DNA of 37,659 bases from Trichomonas gallinae (taxonomy: Eukaryota). The stretch is from assembly GCA_008369845.1 (NCBI GenBank), contig MRSU01001394.1, positions 62,001 to 99,659 on the forward strand, read 5' to 3'. Within the stretch, counting starts at the first letter, position 1; the number at the start of each line of letters is the position of its first letter. The translations under genes were made by a program, and so were the position numbers. Shown here in pieces: positions 1 to 9,483 of the stretch. The notes beneath the pieces are model-generated. The model searched no databases, was not told where the DNA came from, and was given only the letters and a program-made list of their open reading frames with translations.

Positions 1-989
1 TTTCCTGACGCTGTGAAGAGCTGGACTGTGCCTGCAACATCAGCGAAGGCTGCAGCTGTTGGTGGAACACTGTGGCCAAGTCTAGCACGGAACAATCTAA
101 CGAAATCCGCGCAGTCTGGATCTAAAATCCACTGTCTGATTGCGTTGTCTGAGCCTCCTGTGATGAGAAGGTTTGTTCCAGGCAAGAAGTGGACGGATGT
201 GATCTGTCCATCGTGTGCGCGAGCGTATTTAGCAAGAATTTGGTGAGTGTTGAGGTCCCAAACTAGCAAATCTCCATTTGCAAGACCAACAGCGACGTGG
301 GCAAGGCCATCAGTACGGAATGAGTAGCCTGTGACTAAGTCAGTGTGCTGGAAAGAGAAAAGCATCTTGTCGTATACGTAATTGTGGAAAATTAATCTTC
401 CATCCATTGTTGCGTATCCGAGAGTGTCTTTGTCAGGAGATTGGATAATCTGAATGATCGGTGACTCAAATCCTTCGAAATGATAGATCAGTTGCTGTCT
501 GTTGATATTCCACAAATCGAATGATCCGTCATCATAAGCAACAATCACTTTATTCAGAGCCGCCTTAGGATGACAGACAGCTGTGATATGCTTTTCGCAA
601 TCTATCGTTAACATTTCATCGAGACTGATTGGTTTGTAAGCAGTAAGTTCATTTCCTGATGCAGCCAACAGAAGACCCTGGCAAGCGACAAGGACCTCAA
701 CTGGTTCATCTAGTTCTATTTCTTGATATTCGTTTGTTGAGCGAATTGTCGATCTTAAGTATTTTTCTGTTGACGTAAACACTCTATTTGAGTCTGCTGT
801 GATGTGCGTGATTCTTTCCGCGTGATTTACTCCCTCAAAGTTGAGTTTCAGCTCTTTCGCCGAATAAACGTGGTAATTTCGATCATTTGCGACGGTAAGA
901 AACGTGTAGTCTCCTGCAGTCGTCATAGAAAACGGGACTTCGTTGCAAATTTGACCGATGTCTTTCGCATAATCGAAGCAATCGAACAT
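1..989 (-). CDS. UTP21: WD40-repeat small-subunit processome protein Utp21/WDR36, N-terminal part (runs off the window start)
   Basis: Absent from the ORF track because it has no stop in the window. Hand translation from the ATG at 989 gives MFDCFDYAKDIGQICNEVPF...ITAVCHPKAALNKVIVAYDDGSFDLWNIN...YSFRTDG...LLVWDLN...AHDGQITSVHFLPGTNLLITGGSDNAIRQWILD...RARLGHSVPP. HP..LNK, FRTDG and R.GH..PP are Utp21 hallmarks. Confidence 0.85.
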   Translation of the reverse strand, partial: MFDCFDYAKDIGQICNEVPFSMTTAGDYTFLTVANDRNYHVYSAKELKLNFEGVNHAERITHITADSNRVFTSTEKYLRSTIRSTNEYQEIELDEPVEVLVACQGLLLAASGNELTAYKPISLDEMLTIDCEKHITAVCHPKAALNKVIVAYDDGSFDLWNINRQQLIYHFEGFESPIIQIIQSPDKDTLGYATMDGRLIFHNYVYDKMLFSFQHTDLVTGYSFRTDGLAHVAVGLANGDLLVWDLNTHQILAKYARAHDGQITSVHFLPGTNLLITGGSDNAIRQWILDPDCADFVRLFRARLGHSVPPTAAAFADVAGTVQLFTASG

Positions 990-1191
990 TAATCAAATTT
1001 TACAAAAAACAAAAAGACAAAAATTTTTGTTTCTTTTGGAGATTTTTAGTTTTTCTATTAACATATCACACAACAATGCTATATTTTGAGTTTTAAAAAA
1101 TTTTTAATTTTTTTTAAATAATGATTTTTAATACGATAGTAGATGTGTATGACCTAAAAACATAAATTTGTCGATCAAAAACTTGAAAAGG

Positions 1192-2559
1192 ATGAAGCCG
1201 GATGATGATCAATTGGAAACTTTGCCAATGATGGAATTTCAGCCAAAAATTTCTAAAGAAAGACATCATCCAACATCATTGAAGGAGAAATATGCACATA
1301 TTTATGCGCTTTTCGTGTTGATATTATTTTCAACTTTTAAACCAGTAGGATATATTCTATTAGAGCAGGTAAATATAACTAAAAAACCTGCATCGAAGCC
1401 AGCTATATATGGATTCAACGTAGATTATGCTACCAATTTTAGTTGGAAGAAATCTCTAGATGCTACACGACAAGTACACTCAAAAAACTTATATACCAAA
1501 ATAAATCTTCCTGCATATGCACTAGTAAGAGAATTGAAGACATTGTATCATTTTCAAAATGTTTATATTTCAAAGTATGGAATTGTTCAAAATGGACTTG
1601 ATTTAAACATAGTTAATGAGTACCGTAAACTTTTCAGGAAAACAAAAATTACAATTACGCCAAATCCAGATCCGATGTTTTATTATAACAAAGTTGTCTT
1701 AGGATATTCAAAACATACATCATACGGGCATTTTATAATGGACGAATTATGCGCATTAATACAAATTCCTCACGAATATTTTGAAGATGCAGAAATCTTC
1801 ATTAATTTCCCTGCAAGTGCATCAAAAATCTACTTCCAGCTGCTTGGTTTCAATGACAGCCGTATCCATTCACTTGAAAATTATTACATTTTCTGCAAAG
1901 AAGTTATTACATTAGTTTCATCAGATTCTATTAACTCTCTTCTTGTGTGTGGAATGCCTTTGCTGCGCACAAAGATGTTTTCAGCTTTAAACCTTTCAAA
2001 TACAAAACCCAAAAAATATTTAATCTTAAACAGAAAGAAAGGAATATGGGGAAGACTGCAAAATGTCGAAGAGCTACATAGCATTGCAAAAATAAAATTC
2101 CCACAGTATAACTGGGAAGTTGTTAATGATTCAATTGTTTATTCAGTGCTGGAGTCGAGTAGATGGCTTTCTTCAACCAAATTGTTGGTAACAACAGCTG
2201 GATCCATGAATATGAACTGCATATTTATGCATCCTGGCAGCGCTGTTTGTGTTTGTGGATCGAAAGTACTCGATTATCCTGTTTTGGCAGTATCATATTC
2301 ACTAGATTTATGGTGTATTTATACTAATGGACATCTTCTCCATGGATATGTCGATCCAAAACCATATCCAACGCATTTATTCATTGAATCATTAAGTCTT
2401 CTAATTGAAGCACAAGAAACAGGCACATGGCCAAAGATTGCATCACAACATTATCTATATACATGGCCAATGAAGAGTATTATCAAAGATATCTCAAATG
2501 GAGTTCCATCATATTTCCTGAAGCCATACTACTACTATTCAGAAAGATCTATTGAATAA
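1192..2559 (+). CDS. Glycosyltransferase family 61 / DUF563-like protein, type II membrane (paralog 1)
   Basis: First in-frame ATG at 1192 (track start 1168 is TTG). N-terminal TM (IYALFVLILF). Motifs YGHFIMD, LILNRK..GRLQN..EL and LVTTAGSMNMNCIFM match the GT61 pattern YxH / R..R...N / GS...N..FM. Confidence 0.75.
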   Translation: MKPDDDQLETLPMMEFQPKISKERHHPTSLKEKYAHIYALFVLILFSTFKPVGYILLEQVNITKKPASKPAIYGFNVDYATNFSWKKSLDATRQVHSKNLYTKINLPAYALVRELKTLYHFQNVYISKYGIVQNGLDLNIVNEYRKLFRKTKITITPNPDPMFYYNKVVLGYSKHTSYGHFIMDELCALIQIPHEYFEDAEIFINFPASASKIYFQLLGFNDSRIHSLENYYIFCKEVITLVSSDSINSLLVCGMPLLRTKMFSALNLSNTKPKKYLILNRKKGIWGRLQNVEELHSIAKIKFPQYNWEVVNDSIVYSVLESSRWLSSTKLLVTTAGSMNMNCIFMHPGSAVCVCGSKVLDYPVLAVSYSLDLWCIYTNGHLLHGYVDPKPYPTHLFIESLSLLIEAQETGTWPKIASQHYLYTWPMKSIIKDISNGVPSYFLKPYYYYSERSIE

Positions 2560-3526
2560 TGATATAATATAGAGTTTTGTTTGTAATATTAAAAATATCT
2601 GTATATATGATACTATATATGTATTAAAAGGTTCTTTTTGGTAAAAGATTTCGAGAAGGAAAAAGGTTATTTTGCTAAGAAAAAGAAGGAAAATCGTCAC
2701 TTTTTAATAATTGAATTGAGAGAGCGTAAATGTCAAAATTTTACGTTACGTGTCGTAAATTTTGTTCGCTCATAAAACTGATTGGTAAAATTTACCTTGA
2801 GATTTTACTAAATATAGCCATTATTACTATTATTAAGCATAACTACCGATTCTCAACGAAAATTTTCGAGGAAACTGAAAATCCAAGATTGTTACAAATT
2901 TATCTTGAGCTTTTTTGATGATTGCTGCATTCCTTGCATAGTAGCGATCTCACTGGCAAAGTTAAACATCGACCTGTTATTCCAGGCCTGCAAACAGTTT
3001 TTTATTTTTAATCATTTTTGGATCATTAAATACGCAAATGAAAATTAATGCTATCTAAATCGAACAAGTAATAAAAAAATTTATTTTTGAATGTGCATTG
3101 AAATGATTTTATAAAACGTGCATGAACAAGTTTCAACATCGCACTACTAATTGCTATTAATGGATATTTACAAGTTTTGTCTATTTTAAAGATTTGAAAA
3201 TATTCGATAATTTTTCATTCAATTTTATTTGTGATCACGCAATTTCTTTAAAACGATAGTATTCGGTAAAGAAAATGTAATGAACGATGTTATATTTTTA
3301 TACTTTCTCTCAAAAGAATTTTGAATAGTGATACTTTTTAAGTTCAATATGTCTGAATAATAGAATAGACTTTATTTTTATCCAACAGTATAACAAACGG
3401 ATTTCCCAACCGTCTTTTTTGAGAACATTTTATTCAATATATTCTTAATTTTTTTGAATAGAAAACGTGACCCCTAACAATTGAGAGGTTTACTATTTGT
3501 AGAGCATTGAATTCGCATTGAAAGAA

Positions 3527-3532
3527 TCATTC
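3527..3532 (+). promoter_or_regulatory. Initiator (Inr) element TCATT
   Basis: gaaTCATTctcagATG immediately precedes the 3537 ORF and fits the trichomonad Inr consensus TCA(Y)(T/A). Confidence 0.55.
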
Positions 3533-3536
3533 TCAG

Positions 3537-3806
3537 ATGCAGAACCCATGGCTCGCTGTTGATGACTATGAAGAATCAGACGAGGGAAATGGATTTTGCT
3601 TTATGGGAGTCTTCAATCGCCGTCCGGCTGAAATCGCAGCATCTCTTCCAAGACCACAGACACCATTCAGTTATCCACAGAAAATGACTCTACAGACAAA
3701 ATTCGCTGATGAGTACTCATCTTCATCTTGTGAAGTTGAAAGCCCAGTTATTCAGCCATGCTCTCACTCATTAATGATGCATGGTTCACTTGTTTCGGTT
3801 TTTTAG
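3537..3806 (+). CDS. Small hypothetical protein (89 aa, Ser/Pro/acidic-rich)
   Basis: ATG ORF that is GC-richer than its flanks, with coding-like codon use and an Inr about 10 nt upstream. No recognisable domain. Confidence 0.6.
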   Translation: MQNPWLAVDDYEESDEGNGFCFMGVFNRRPAEIAASLPRPQTPFSYPQKMTLQTKFADEYSSSSCEVESPVIQPCSHSLMMHGSLVSVF

Positions 3807-4612
3807 AGATAGAGATTGTTGTTTTGTTATGTAAATTAACCAGTCCAACCATAAAATGTTGATTAATCAACAAAGTTTTGTTGGATTATTTGTTGTTATG
3901 ATAAAACTATCGTTTGTTTGAAAAATATACATTTTTAAACTATAATTATCCCAAAAATCTTAATTAATTAACATTATTCAAGAAACAATTAAAATATTAT
4001 TTTTAAATTTTAAACGAATAAACCAATAATCAACATAAAGACAACACATATATTTGTTTCCTATTTCCAAACATACACATTTTAATTCTTTCAAAAATAT
4101 TAATCTTATTTCTAGCATCTATATGAAATTACATAATACCAACAGCCTTCTCTAACAAATCAAATCAAAATTTCCGCTTCATAATGAAATATAATAATAA
4201 TGTGACCGAAATGTATTTCATCCCGTTCCTACAAGTATTTTTTGTTCCTTACATTCTCATTCGTATTCTTTAAATCTCGAATTTAATATTATTGCTTAGT
4301 TTAGGTTATCACTCTATAAATACAATGTTTATGCCCAACATAACCGAAATATTTGTCCAGATAAGAGACTTTTGTAATCATTATTTTTGGATATGCAAAT
4401 ATTCATTTTTGGAGCTTAATTTTCTTTTTTCCAAAATATACAGCAGCAATAACATGTGTTTCAATAAATTATGTCAAAAAAATAAATCCAAAAATAAAAT
4501 TCACCATAAGATTGTATAAGACCTCCAAATCAATAGGAAAAGTTTTGAAGGTTTTTTTGGACGATTAAAAACCGTCAATTTTCTAAATTTAATTATTAGG
4601 AAAAAATAGAAA

Positions 4613-5608
4613 ATGTCATCCTGGTTTGGACAGATGAAGCCCGCCCGCATTGTTCAGAAGGCAATCGATGGCCTGAAGAACTACAAGGAAGAGAACAACA
4701 ATAAAGAGAAAAAGGCAGAATATTTAGCAATCATCGATAAGAATTTCGGCAGAATGACAGATATTCTTTATAAGCGTAAGGAAGGTGACGAGGCAAGCTC
4801 TCGTGCTCTCCAACTCGTTACTGAAATCTCGCACACAGACTTCGTAATGCTTGGATTGCAGGCGATGCCTTCTCTTCCAGTGGAGCAGCGCAAGCAGTTC
4901 ACAATTATCTTCACAGGTGCCATCTCGCACCAGACAGGATCAGAATTCCCTCTGGCGATATACGTACAGAGATATCCAGAGACTCTTGAAATTCTCCTTC
5001 ATTTCTACGATACACCAGAGCTTGCAGCATCAACAGGCGAGATGCTCAGACTCTGCGCTCACCACGAGAGCCTTGCCCGTCAACTTCTTCAGCCAGCGAG
5101 ATTAGATCTTCTATTCTCATATTTCACTGTCCCACACTTCGATGTTTCAGCAGATTCATTCGCAACATTCAGAGAACTTATATTATGCTCTCCAAATGCA
5201 GAACAGTACATTCAGGCTAACGCCCAGCAAATTACAGATAGAATTCACGCAACACTCGATGAAAAGAACTATGCCGCTTGCAGACAGTCACTTAAACTCA
5301 TCGGTGAAATCATCATGACATATCCAAGCTACCAAGGATTTTATTTAAAGAATGAGAAAAATCTTATGACAATGATGAAGCTGATGTCTTCACAGTACAA
5401 GAACCTCTCCATGGAGGCATTCCACATTTTCAAACTTTTCGTCGCTGTTGAAGACAAACCAGAACCAATTTTGAAGATTCTCTGCGCAAACTCAGAGAAG
5501 CTCAAATTGTTCATCAAAGGCCTTCTTGATGGTATTGAGGATGCGGAACTTCAGCGTGAGAAAGACTTCCTCTTGATGGAACTTGCTTATCTCAAGCCAG
5601 AACAGTAA
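4613..5608 (+). CDS. MO25: Mo25 / calcium-binding protein 39-like kinase scaffold
   Basis: 331 aa with Mo25 motifs GEMLRLC, FDVSADSFATFRELI, NYAACRQSLKLIGEI, NLMTMMKLM and EAFHIFKLFVA...KPEPILKIL..N.EKL. Confidence 0.92.
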   Translation: MSSWFGQMKPARIVQKAIDGLKNYKEENNNKEKKAEYLAIIDKNFGRMTDILYKRKEGDEASSRALQLVTEISHTDFVMLGLQAMPSLPVEQRKQFTIIFTGAISHQTGSEFPLAIYVQRYPETLEILLHFYDTPELAASTGEMLRLCAHHESLARQLLQPARLDLLFSYFTVPHFDVSADSFATFRELILCSPNAEQYIQANAQQITDRIHATLDEKNYAACRQSLKLIGEIIMTYPSYQGFYLKNEKNLMTMMKLMSSQYKNLSMEAFHIFKLFVAVEDKPEPILKILCANSEKLKLFIKGLLDGIEDAELQREKDFLLMELAYLKPEQ

Positions 5609-5693
5609 TTTCTTATATTTTATATTCTTTGTCCCTTTTATATGCAATCTCACTAAATCAATTCTTTTATATATTACACAATAGAAGAGAATT

Positions 5694-6188
5694 TTATATT
5701 AACAAGCAACATGATGATTTATCCGATAAACCATTATATGGATCAACAGTATCTGGAATTGTGATATTAAGCAAAGTCTTCGCAAGCATTGGAAATGTGA
5801 ATTCCTTTACTTGATTCGGAGGAAGTGTGCCAGATAATTCTTCTTTCGTCATATTCTTGTTGATAACTTGCGAAAGGAGAGATGCTTGGTCCACATTCAG
5901 CCTTCTGTCACAAAATTTGTCTATTCCGCGAAAACATATTTTCAACATTCCTAATTCATCTTGATCTTGGATGCATGATATCGTATTTATGCAGTTCTGA
6001 AGAGTTCCTTTCTGATTGCATGCAAGCATTCCATCAATGAAGACGTCTCGCTGTTGATCATTTAATTTGATCTTCAAATCTTGGAAGAGAGAAGTGAGTT
6101 GGTCCTTAGAGAGCCTGTTCTTTCTCTCAATATCTATTAAATTAAACGATTCGGTGACTTCGGCAATTTCATCTTGAGTTAGAGGCAT
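5694..6188 (-). CDS. Calmodulin-like EF-hand protein with C-terminal CCLLI lipidation motif
   Basis: LTQDEIAEVTESFNLIDIERKNRLSKDQL resembles calmodulin helix A/EF1. LKICFRGIDKFCDRRLNVDQ is a degenerate EF3. The protein ends SSCCLLI (CaaX). Confidence 0.75.
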   Translation of the reverse strand: MPLTQDEIAEVTESFNLIDIERKNRLSKDQLTSLFQDLKIKLNDQQRDVFIDGMLACNQKGTLQNCINTISCIQDQDELGMLKICFRGIDKFCDRRLNVDQASLLSQVINKNMTKEELSGTLPPNQVKEFTFPMLAKTLLNITIPDTVDPYNGLSDKSSCCLLI

Positions 6189-6701
6189 ATTTTATCGAAG
6201 ACTAAAATTTTTCACTTTTCCAAATATATCGAAATAATAAACAGATGTGAAATATTTTAGTGGAAAACAGCAAAATTTTTCCGGTGAATCACGTTACATT
6301 AAAAGTGACAATAATTTTGACAATATGACACGTAAAGTCACAAAGTTCTTTATCTTTTTGGTCTGTTTAAAGAATGATTTGATATATGATTGGCATCAAC
6401 TCTGTCAAAGATGCTAAGTGCTGTATCCGAAAAATTCGCAATATTTTATATAAAAATCAGATATTTTTGAAAAGCTCTAGCATCAACAGTAACTATCCTG
6501 GTATGTATTTAGTTTACCATGAAATAACTGGCTGATGATTGTTGTTGCTAAGATTAGCTGGATGAAATTCATCAAGAAAGTTACCCATCATAAGGTGCTT
6601 TATCAATTTATGACTTAAATAATGCAAATTGATATGATTAAGAGAAAAATCAGAAAAAAATATGATACGTTGATTTGAAATACAGCATAGAATGTAATAT
6701 T

Positions 6702-7061
6702 TTATTTAGATTCCTCAACAACTTTCTCAAATGTTGCGAGATATTCAGGAATATCCTCCATAATTTCCTTAGCTGGCTGCATTTTACCATCTCTTCTCAA
6801 GTGAGAGACTGTTCTAAGAGCCTGTCCAAGCTGATTGGCACCGATCTGAAGAGCGGAGCCTGCGCACTTGTGTGCTTTCTGATAACAATCTTGGTCATCC
6901 ATTTTATCGAAAGTATCAATAACTTCGTGAATTAAAGGAATAATTGTAGCATTCCATTCTTCCATGAGCTCATCTGGGAATTTAGCATCCATGAGTTCAA
7001 GGTTCTGCTCAACAATCTCTTCGTCGAGAACTGGCTCGCCCCGAATACTTTCTCTTGTCAT
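6702..7061 (-). CDS. Stand-alone histidine phosphotransfer (HPt) domain protein
   Basis: First in-frame ATG at 7061 gives 119 aa; track start 7106 is TTG. Helical acidic protein with AHKCAGSALQIGANQL, matching the HPt signature H-x-L-(K/A)-G-S-(S/A)-x-x-(I/L)-G-A-x-x-L. Confidence 0.8.
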   Translation of the reverse strand: MTRESIRGEPVLDEEIVEQNLELMDAKFPDELMEEWNATIIPLIHEVIDTFDKMDDQDCYQKAHKCAGSALQIGANQLGQALRTVSHLRRDGKMQPAKEIMEDIPEYLATFEKVVEESK

Positions 7062-7551
7062 CCCTACTACTGTCACCTTTTCGCTTTTATAATATGGTTT
7101 CTTCAAAAAACGCCATATTTGGCATCTTTATAGTTTTTTTTTATTTCTATTATCATGCGAAATCTTCAATTTCAGTAAATACAATCGACTTTTTGTGAAA
7201 AAATATCGGAGTTCAACGTAGATGAAACCGAATAACATACAGTTGGAGAAGCTCACAATTAGCATGACGATTAGAGTTCTAAATATTCAGTTGTAGATTT
7301 ATTGTTCAATATTTAACCCCAAATTGTAAAACGTATTTTGGTACCGTAATAGCATTGGATTGTACATGCAGCGTTGCATATGCAAACGATTTAATCAATC
7401 ATTCAATTTTTTTCATTTTATAAAATTCTTTTTGCAAGTTTATATAACGCACCAAACACATTATCTAGGCTACAATAATTGAATTTCATATTGGCAATGT
7501 TAGTATTAAACCTAATCAATTTTTATGAGTGAATTACAAACAAATATTTAT

Positions 7552-8304
7552 TCACATGTAGTGATATTTTCCGGATATTTCTTGCTTGTCGTCCAAAGGA
7601 AAGGCATTAGAAGATAATATTGTTTCATAAAGTGCTTTAGCATAAGCCTTTGCATGCGCCACATCTGGATCGCTTGAATGTATACCTGTTGACAATCTAT
7701 CAAGACTGCAAATAAATTCTGCAATGAATTGATAGAATTGATCATGTGAAATTGGTAAAACTTCATCTAGTTCAGGTTTAGTCATATCTAGTGTAAGCAC
7801 AGTCGAATCAAGTTCTTTCCATTTTGATAGCTCGTTATGTAAATTTCCAATATTGTTTTGAATGTTTTCTCGCATTGATTCTAGCTCCTCAATTGAAGAA
7901 ACAGGTTCAGAACTCTGTTTTCCTTGTGCAATTTTACCTTTTTCACGGAACCATTGATTTATGTTTTGGAAAAACTTAGAATGTGACATTTTCATCATAT
8001 CCTTTGAATTTTTATATGTACAACTAACCAATTGAATAATATATGATGCATTTTTCTTGACTCTGTCCGCCAAATCAAGATTAATTGATGAATTCTCTGC
8101 AACGCCTTCAGAATTCATTTGACGTACTTCCTGTGCGCTTGGTTTGATTGTTCTAGATCTTGATTGTGCGATTATTGACGCCGACAAATCTTGCAGAATT
8201 TCGCTGTTATTATTAATATCTGAGTTTCTCTTTTTTGGTGTTCTAACTGCTGTCGAAGGCCTCTTTAACGGAGAAGCAATTTTTGAGATCGGACTCAAAC
8301 TCAT
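7552..8304 (-). CDS. Hypothetical coiled-coil protein, possibly Dsn1/Mis13-like kinetochore subunit
   Basis: 250-aa ATG ORF. Basic N-terminus rich in SP/TP sites, then a coiled coil ending L.NE..KW..L and a C-terminal SLDRLSTGIH. The family call is tentative. Confidence 0.7.
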   Translation of the reverse strand: MSLSPISKIASPLKRPSTAVRTPKKRNSDINNNSEILQDLSASIIAQSRSRTIKPSAQEVRQMNSEGVAENSSINLDLADRVKKNASYIIQLVSCTYKNSKDMMKMSHSKFFQNINQWFREKGKIAQGKQSSEPVSSIEELESMRENIQNNIGNLHNELSKWKELDSTVLTLDMTKPELDEVLPISHDQFYQFIAEFICSLDRLSTGIHSSDPDVAHAKAYAKALYETILSSNAFPLDDKQEISGKYHYM

Positions 8305-8673
8305 GCTGATTTATTCTTTAAAAAAAAATTGAACCACGGAAGTTTAAAATTAATATTTGACATGTAAATTATATTTTTGACATACACCAAAATCTCTTAA
8401 ATAATGGATATTTTAAACATTTAGCTTGATAAATAAGCTGCACTCTTAATATAGTTCTTAAATATATCACATTGGCATGATTATAAGTTGATGTAATTAA
8501 AAAAAAGTGACTGTTGTGAGATAAAAATTGCTAGGAGTGAAATAATAGCAAAACACAGTGTAAAACATAATGCTTACAGCTTATTTAACCAATATTACGA
8601 TCCAAAATCAAAAAACACAGCATACTAAATTACAATAACGAAATACAAACATTTTTATTCCATGAAACAAGAA

Positions 8674-9483
8674 TTAAACCATCCTTCCGCACTTGATTGG
8701 GATTGGCTTGAAGTTATAGTGGAGAGTTACCTGTGTACTTTGATGAACCCTCGAACTGTTGTGTCTCTTTCCGGAGATAGGCTTTATCCTGAAGAGAGGT
8801 AACTGCAGTAAATCATATATGCTTGTATTCTCATTATATTTCAAGCAGCAGCGGATAAGATGTTTGATTTCACATGAAATCTTTCTAGGGAAGATAATAT
8901 TGTTGCTCAAGGACTCTAGTCTCTTCTGCATATCGGAGCACTCAACTAATTCATCGACTGGGTTCAATCCGGAAATCATGAAATAAAAAATGACTCCCAA
9001 TGCGAAAACATCATGCTTACTTATTGATGACCTCTTAAGGTGAGCATCTCTGATGTCACACATTCTGATTCTATTGTGTCTATCAACAAGGTAGTTTGAT
9101 GCTTGAAGATTGTCAAAGAAAATATTATGCTGATGGAAGAAATGTAAAGATTCTAACATGCTTCTAGCATAATTGACAAATGTTTCTTCTGGAAGTGGTC
9201 CGGTGCTTTTTACCAAATCACAGATGGTTTCTGGAAGATAATCTGTAAGATAAAAATAGAACTCATCTGTAACCCAGTAACGATAATTGTTAATAATATT
9301 AGGATGATAGAACTTCATCTCAGTAGAGAATGTTACCGAATCAAGAACGGATTTCGAGATTCTTTTAAGAACGTAAGGTTCTTTGTATTGCTTCCAGGAA
9401 ACTTTATATGATGTCCAGCCTTCACCTTCTGCAAGTACTTCGAGAACGTCGAGTTCTTCCTCGCGCATGAATGGAAAGTCCAT
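8674..9483 (-). CDS. Protein kinase-fold protein, predicted pseudokinase
   Basis: LAEGEG (degenerate Gly loop), YVLKRI, HPNII and DVFALGVIFYFMISG are present. The catalytic loop reads FFDNLQASN (no HRD..K), DFG is DIR, and the activation/APE segment is missing. Confidence 0.85.
   Translation of the reverse strand: MDFPFMREEELDVLEVLAEGEGWTSYKVSWKQYKEPYVLKRISKSVLDSVTFSTEMKFYHPNIINNYRYWVTDEFYFYLTDYLPETICDLVKSTGPLPEETFVNYARSMLESLHFFHQHNIFFDNLQASNYLVDRHNRIRMCDIRDAHLKRSSISKHDVFALGVIFYFMISGLNPVDELVECSDMQKRLESLSNNIIFPRKISCEIKHLIRCCLKYNENTSIYDLLQLPLFRIKPISGKRHNSSRVHQSTQVTLHYNFKPIPIKCGRMV

Noticed and set aside
13..992. Track ORFs 13..246 and 804..992 on the plus strand
   Set aside because: Antisense to the Utp21 reading frame, with non-ATG starts.
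2916..2998. TGATGA followed by a GC-richer stem as a snoRNA
   Set aside because: No box D at a suitable distance, and the stem relies on wobble pairs.
4613..9483. Mo25 plus nearby pseudokinase as a Mo25-STRAD pair
   Set aside because: The pseudokinase lacks the C-terminal WEF Mo25-binding motif and STE20 features; proximity alone is weak evidence.
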